Assembly: GCA_964654465.1 (NCBI GenBank) | Contig: CAZZIO010000072.1 | Location: forward strand, 1-50,417 | Source: an uncultured Dictyoglomota bacterium | GTDB taxonomy: Bacteria; Dictyoglomota; Dictyoglomia; Dictyoglomales; Dictyoglomaceae | Length of the DNA: 50,417 nt | Reading direction: 5' to 3' | Shown: in pieces, positions 46,884 through 50,417 of the stretch | How positions within the stretch are numbered: the stretch's first letter is position 1 | Layout: every line of letters begins with the position of its first letter | Position numbers and translations under genes: made by a program | Notes under the pieces: model-generated | Told to the model about the DNA's origin: nothing | The model's database searches: none | Seen by the model: the letters and a program-made list of their open reading frames with translations, nothing else

Positions 46884-47972
46884 CTACTCCTCCATATAAC
46901 TTAATGTCAATAATACTTCTAATTGATCAAAAGCATAATAGACCTTCCCTAAAAAATCTCCGTAACCCGAAGAAGATCTACCACTAAATTTTTCAACAAA
47001 ATTTAATATCCTCTTAGCCCCTATTCTATCATTACAAAAAATAAATAACCTTGCTAAAATAGCATATATTGCTACATTCTCTTCATCTTTTAGCACTTTA
47101 TGATCCATATAGAATGTATTTAATTTGTTATAGTTATTTATTTCATTTTTTACAAACTCTAAAAAGCCTTTTATTTTATTCGTATCATCAAAATTTATAG
47201 CAGTAATTACCTGTTCCAACATATTTAGAGGATAATAGGTCTTATAGGAGAAAGTAAAGAAGTCAAATTCCTTAGGGAAAAAGGGACTATTTATGGATAC
47301 GGAGTTTTCAAGGATCTTTTTTGATGTAATGTAGTATTTATTAAAGGAGGGCAATATTTCAGCTATCTTTTTCAATTTCCTAAGATCTAAATAGAATAGA
47401 GAAATTTTATTAGCTTTTTCTTTCATATTTCCATCATAATAATCTACAAAAAATTCTCCTGATGAATTAAATTTCAATATTCCATCTGCTACTTTTTCTC
47501 CCATTTCCATATACTTTTTATCCTTAAAAGTATCATAAGCACATAAAAGAGCATACAAGATCCTTATAGAGTCTATTAAAGCAGTACTATTATCAGGTCT
47601 CAAGTTTAACCTATTTATCCTCCAATATAGATATCCTTCTTTACTATAAAAATATTTATCTACTATTGAAAGAAGAATATCAAAAAGATTTTTGTCTCCC
47701 CTTAATAAAGCATATTCCATTAATTCCCCATAGGATTCCAGAAGGGAATATTCCAAAGGCTTTCCATTTTCTATTTTTGATATGATAAATCCCCTGTTAT
47801 CAATAAAATCTCTTCTAATAAAACTTAATAGTTCTTTCTCTTTATATGATACACTCCTTTCCATAGCTTTAAGTTCATTTTTTAATTTAAATCCATAATA
47901 ATAATCTTTTATTTGAAAGATAATAATAATCAATATAATAGAAAACAGGAGAATTAAGAATAAATTTCTTAT
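46884..47972 (-). CDS. ydaJ: GH8-like six-hairpin glycoside hydrolase (YdaJ-like)
   Basis: LLESYGELMEYA, YLYWR, STALIDSIRI, ISLFYLD, YAFDQL; start uncertain (TTG 47933 or ATA 47972). Confidence 0.7.
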   Translation of the reverse strand: MRNLFLILLFSIILIIIIFQIKDYYYGFKLKNELKAMERSVSYKEKELLSFIRRDFIDNRGFIISKIENGKPLEYSLLESYGELMEYALLRGDKNLFDILLSIVDKYFYSKEGYLYWRINRLNLRPDNSTALIDSIRILYALLCAYDTFKDKKYMEMGEKVADGILKFNSSGEFFVDYYDGNMKEKANKISLFYLDLRKLKKIAEILPSFNKYYITSKKILENSVSINSPFFPKEFDFFTFSYKTYYPLNMLEQVITAINFDDTNKIKGFLEFVKNEINNYNKLNTFYMDHKVLKDEENVAIYAILARLFIFCNDRIGAKRILNFVEKFSGRSSSGYGDFLGKVYYAFDQLEVLLTLSYMEE

Positions 47973-47977
47973 TTTAT

Positions 47978-49378
47978 TTACCCCATAATTTTAAATACTA
48001 AAGGATAATCTAATTTATCATAATCTGGAATATGTATTCTAAGACCCTTCTCATCTCTTTCAAATCCAATTTCTCCTATTCCCAAAATCTCTACCTTCTT
48101 AACTTCTTTATTATATAAAGTTAGATTTGTACTAAGAGACTTTATTAAGGCTTCTCCTTTTGTAGGCTTTTCCATTAAAATAGCATAAAGATCATCTCCC
48201 TTTGTAGTAAATCTAAAATCTTCTCCTGTATAACTTATTTCCTTTTCACTAAAAGGCCCATGAGCTTCTTTTGTAGGACCTTCACCATAAATTTTCCATG
48301 GTCTTGTACCATAAATAGCAGGACCATTTTTAAGAAGCCAATTACCTATCTCTAAAAGAATATCACGAGCAATATCAGGTATAGTTCCATCAGCTTTAGG
48401 ACCTACATTTAAAAGAAAATTCCCATTTTTACTTACAATATCTATAAGTTCCCAAATAAGTTCTTTAGCTGGTTTATAGATATCATTTTCAATATATCCC
48501 CAAGAGAGACGAGAAATAGAAGTATCTGTTTGCCAATATATGGGATCAATATCTCCAAGCTTTCCTCTTTCTATATCCCATACTGCACATTCTCTCGGTA
48601 CCGCATAATTTTTATAATTTATTACTACTCCTCTTCCCCATTGATAGGCTCTATTGTAATAATAGGCAAAAAATTTCTTTAAATAAGGTTCGAAGGCAGG
48701 TTGCTCTATCCACCAATCAAAATAAATAAGCTGAGGCTGATATTTGTCCACAATCTCAAAAAGCCTTAAAAGCCAATCCTCTAAAAATTCTTCTGTAGGT
48801 TGCATACTTTCAGGCTGGGCAGGTCCATATAGGTCAAAATAATTCCTATCTCTTACATCAGAGTCAAATTTCATTCCCTCATGTAAAAACCACCAATGTT
48901 CTGCCCTATGATAGGAAACTCCAAAGGTAAGATAATTTTCTCTCACTGCTTTAGCAAGTTCTCCAATAATATCTCTTTGAGGTCCCATTTTACTGGCACA
49001 CCATCGGGTATAGCTACAATCATACATAGCAAAACCATCGTGATGTTCTGCAACAGGTACTACATACTTAGCACCTGCCTTTTTAAAAAGATCTGCCCAT
49101 TCATATGGGTCAAACTTCTCTGCCTTAAAAAGAGGAATAAAATCTTTATATCCAAACTTTTTATGGTCTCCATAAGTTTTCAAGTGATGTTCATATTCTT
49201 TTGTACCCTTTATGTACATGTTTCTTGGATACCATTCATTACCAAAGGCAGGCACTGCATAGACACCAAAATGTATAAATATCCCAAATTTAGCATCCTT
49301 ATACCAATCCGGAATCCTATAATTTTTCAAGGATTCCCAAGTAGGCTCAAAAGGTCCTTCTGGCATTTTATACCTCAT
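47978..49378 (-). CDS. Alpha-L-fucosidase, GH29 (cytoplasmic)
   Basis: PTWESL, DAKFGIFIHFG, AEHHDGF, YFDWW, DIVSKNGNFLLNVGP, IYGTRPW. Confidence 0.93.
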   Translation of the reverse strand: MRYKMPEGPFEPTWESLKNYRIPDWYKDAKFGIFIHFGVYAVPAFGNEWYPRNMYIKGTKEYEHHLKTYGDHKKFGYKDFIPLFKAEKFDPYEWADLFKKAGAKYVVPVAEHHDGFAMYDCSYTRWCASKMGPQRDIIGELAKAVRENYLTFGVSYHRAEHWWFLHEGMKFDSDVRDRNYFDLYGPAQPESMQPTEEFLEDWLLRLFEIVDKYQPQLIYFDWWIEQPAFEPYLKKFFAYYYNRAYQWGRGVVINYKNYAVPRECAVWDIERGKLGDIDPIYWQTDTSISRLSWGYIENDIYKPAKELIWELIDIVSKNGNFLLNVGPKADGTIPDIARDILLEIGNWLLKNGPAIYGTRPWKIYGEGPTKEAHGPFSEKEISYTGEDFRFTTKGDDLYAILMEKPTKGEALIKSLSTNLTLYNKEVKKVEILGIGEIGFERDEKGLRIHIPDYDKLDYPLVFKIMG

Positions 49379-49402
49379 AGGTTGACCTCCTTAATAATTT
49401 AT

Positions 49403-50417
49403 TTAAATAATCTCTTTCACTGCTTTTTCAATTCTTCTAAGGCCTTCTTCAAGAATACTACGGGGACAAGCAAAGTTAAGACGGGCAAACCCTTCCCCTG
49501 ATTTACCAAAGATATAGCCATCATCAAGACCAACCTTCGCATTTTTTCGGAGGAATTCGCTTAAGGTATACTTATCCATACCAAGTTCTCTAAAATCAAG
49601 CCATGCAAGGTATGTACCTTCAGGTTTTATAACTTTGACCTTTGGAATTCTCTTCTCCACGTAATCCATAAGAAACTTGAGATTTCCTTCAAGATATTCA
49701 AGAAGCTGTGAAAGCCAATCATCACCATAACGAAATGCAGCTTCTGTTGCTACAAGTCCAAAAGGATTTGGATTTGATAAAAGTTTACCTTTTGCTTCAA
49801 TAAATCTCCTACGGAGTTTTTTGTTTGGAATAATTATGATAGAGGTTTCTAATCCTGCAATATTAAAAGTCTTACTTCCTGAAATAAGGGTAATAGAGTT
49901 ATCTGCAAACTCTTCTGATATGGATGCAAAAGGAATATGTCTATGACCTGTATAAACAATTTCACAATGAATTTCATCAGAAATGACAACAACTTCATTT
50001 TTAATTAAAATCTCGCCAATCTTTGTTAACTCCTCTTTTGTGTAAACTCGTCCCACAGGATTGTGTGGATTACATAAAATCATTGCCTTAATACGATTTG
50101 AGCCTGTAAATATCCCATCCTTGCCTAAAAATTTATCCTCAAGATAATCAAAATCAATTTCATAATGATAGTTTACAAGTTTTAAATCATTACTTACAAT
50201 ATGAGCCCCATTATCCCTTATTGCACTGAAAAATGGATAATATACTGGTTCTTGTACGAGTACACTATCCCCAATAGAGGTAATTGCTTTTATTGCTATA
50301 TATAAAGCAGAAACCGTACCAGGCGTAAAAATAAGCCACTCAGGTTTAACATCCCAGTTAAACTTTGACTTAATTCTTTCAATCACTGCATCTATAAGAG
50401 ATTCAGGAATAGTAGTA
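49403..50417 (-). CDS. patB: MalY/PatB family PLP-dependent cystathionine beta-lyase, 5'-truncated by the window edge
   Basis: PVYYPF, LCNPHNPVGRV, SDEIH, SKTFNIAG, EGTYLAWLD, RLNFACPR; frame open to the window end. Confidence 0.9.
   Translation of the reverse strand, partial: TTIPESLIDAVIERIKSKFNWDVKPEWLIFTPGTVSALYIAIKAITSIGDSVLVQEPVYYPFFSAIRDNGAHIVSNDLKLVNYHYEIDFDYLEDKFLGKDGIFTGSNRIKAMILCNPHNPVGRVYTKEELTKIGEILIKNEVVVISDEIHCEIVYTGHRHIPFASISEEFADNSITLISGSKTFNIAGLETSIIIIPNKKLRRRFIEAKGKLLSNPNPFGLVATEAAFRYGDDWLSQLLEYLEGNLKFLMDYVEKRIPKVKVIKPEGTYLAWLDFRELGMDKYTLSEFLRKNAKVGLDDGYIFGKSGEGFARLNFACPRSILEEGLRRIEKAVKEII

Noticed and set aside
48896-49501. 201-aa + strand ORF and the many other short antisense or alternate-frame ORFs in the track
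   Set aside because: They overlap well-supported genes and show no recognisable motifs; treated as shadow ORFs

Overview
AT-rich bacterial chromosomal window. Composition and gene content suggest a thermophilic, saccharolytic anaerobe such as Dictyoglomus; this is inference, no search was run. The left half (mostly + strand) holds a flavodoxin, a frameshifted AdhR-like MerR regulator, an Fe-S aldo/keto reductase, an AEC transporter and tRNA-Leu(CAG). It continues with a CBM4-GH16-CBM4 laminarinase lipoprotein, a CE4 esterase, an MBL hydrolase and an orphan family-5 solute-binding protein. Further right are an sdpR-sdpI-yxlEFG-like operon, a GT4, a tctCBA operon with a metal-ligand-less M24-fold enzyme and a Gfo/Idh/MocA oxidoreductase, an orphan DctP, a DUF4388 protein, an unlisted 52-aa ORF, a phytase-like esterase and a stand-alone FMN glutamate synthase. 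The right half (26256-50417) is one tightly packed ~24 kb minus-strand run: patB, GH29 fucosidase, a ydaJKLMN-like c-di-GMP-dependent exopolysaccharide operon, glycerate kinase, a sensor-less NarX/NarL-type pair, and a Che7-like chemosensory cluster (REC-REC, CheA, CheW, giant soluble MCP, PAS-HEAT protein, CheR, CheB, CheY, CheC) ending in a PAS-GAF-PAS-GGDEF diguanylate cyclase. The best candidate for an undescribed system is this apparently self-contained chemosensory -> c-di-GMP -> exopolysaccharide circuit, in which the HEAT protein and the cyclase carry paralogous PAS domains. No CRISPR array, rRNA or mobile element was seen.
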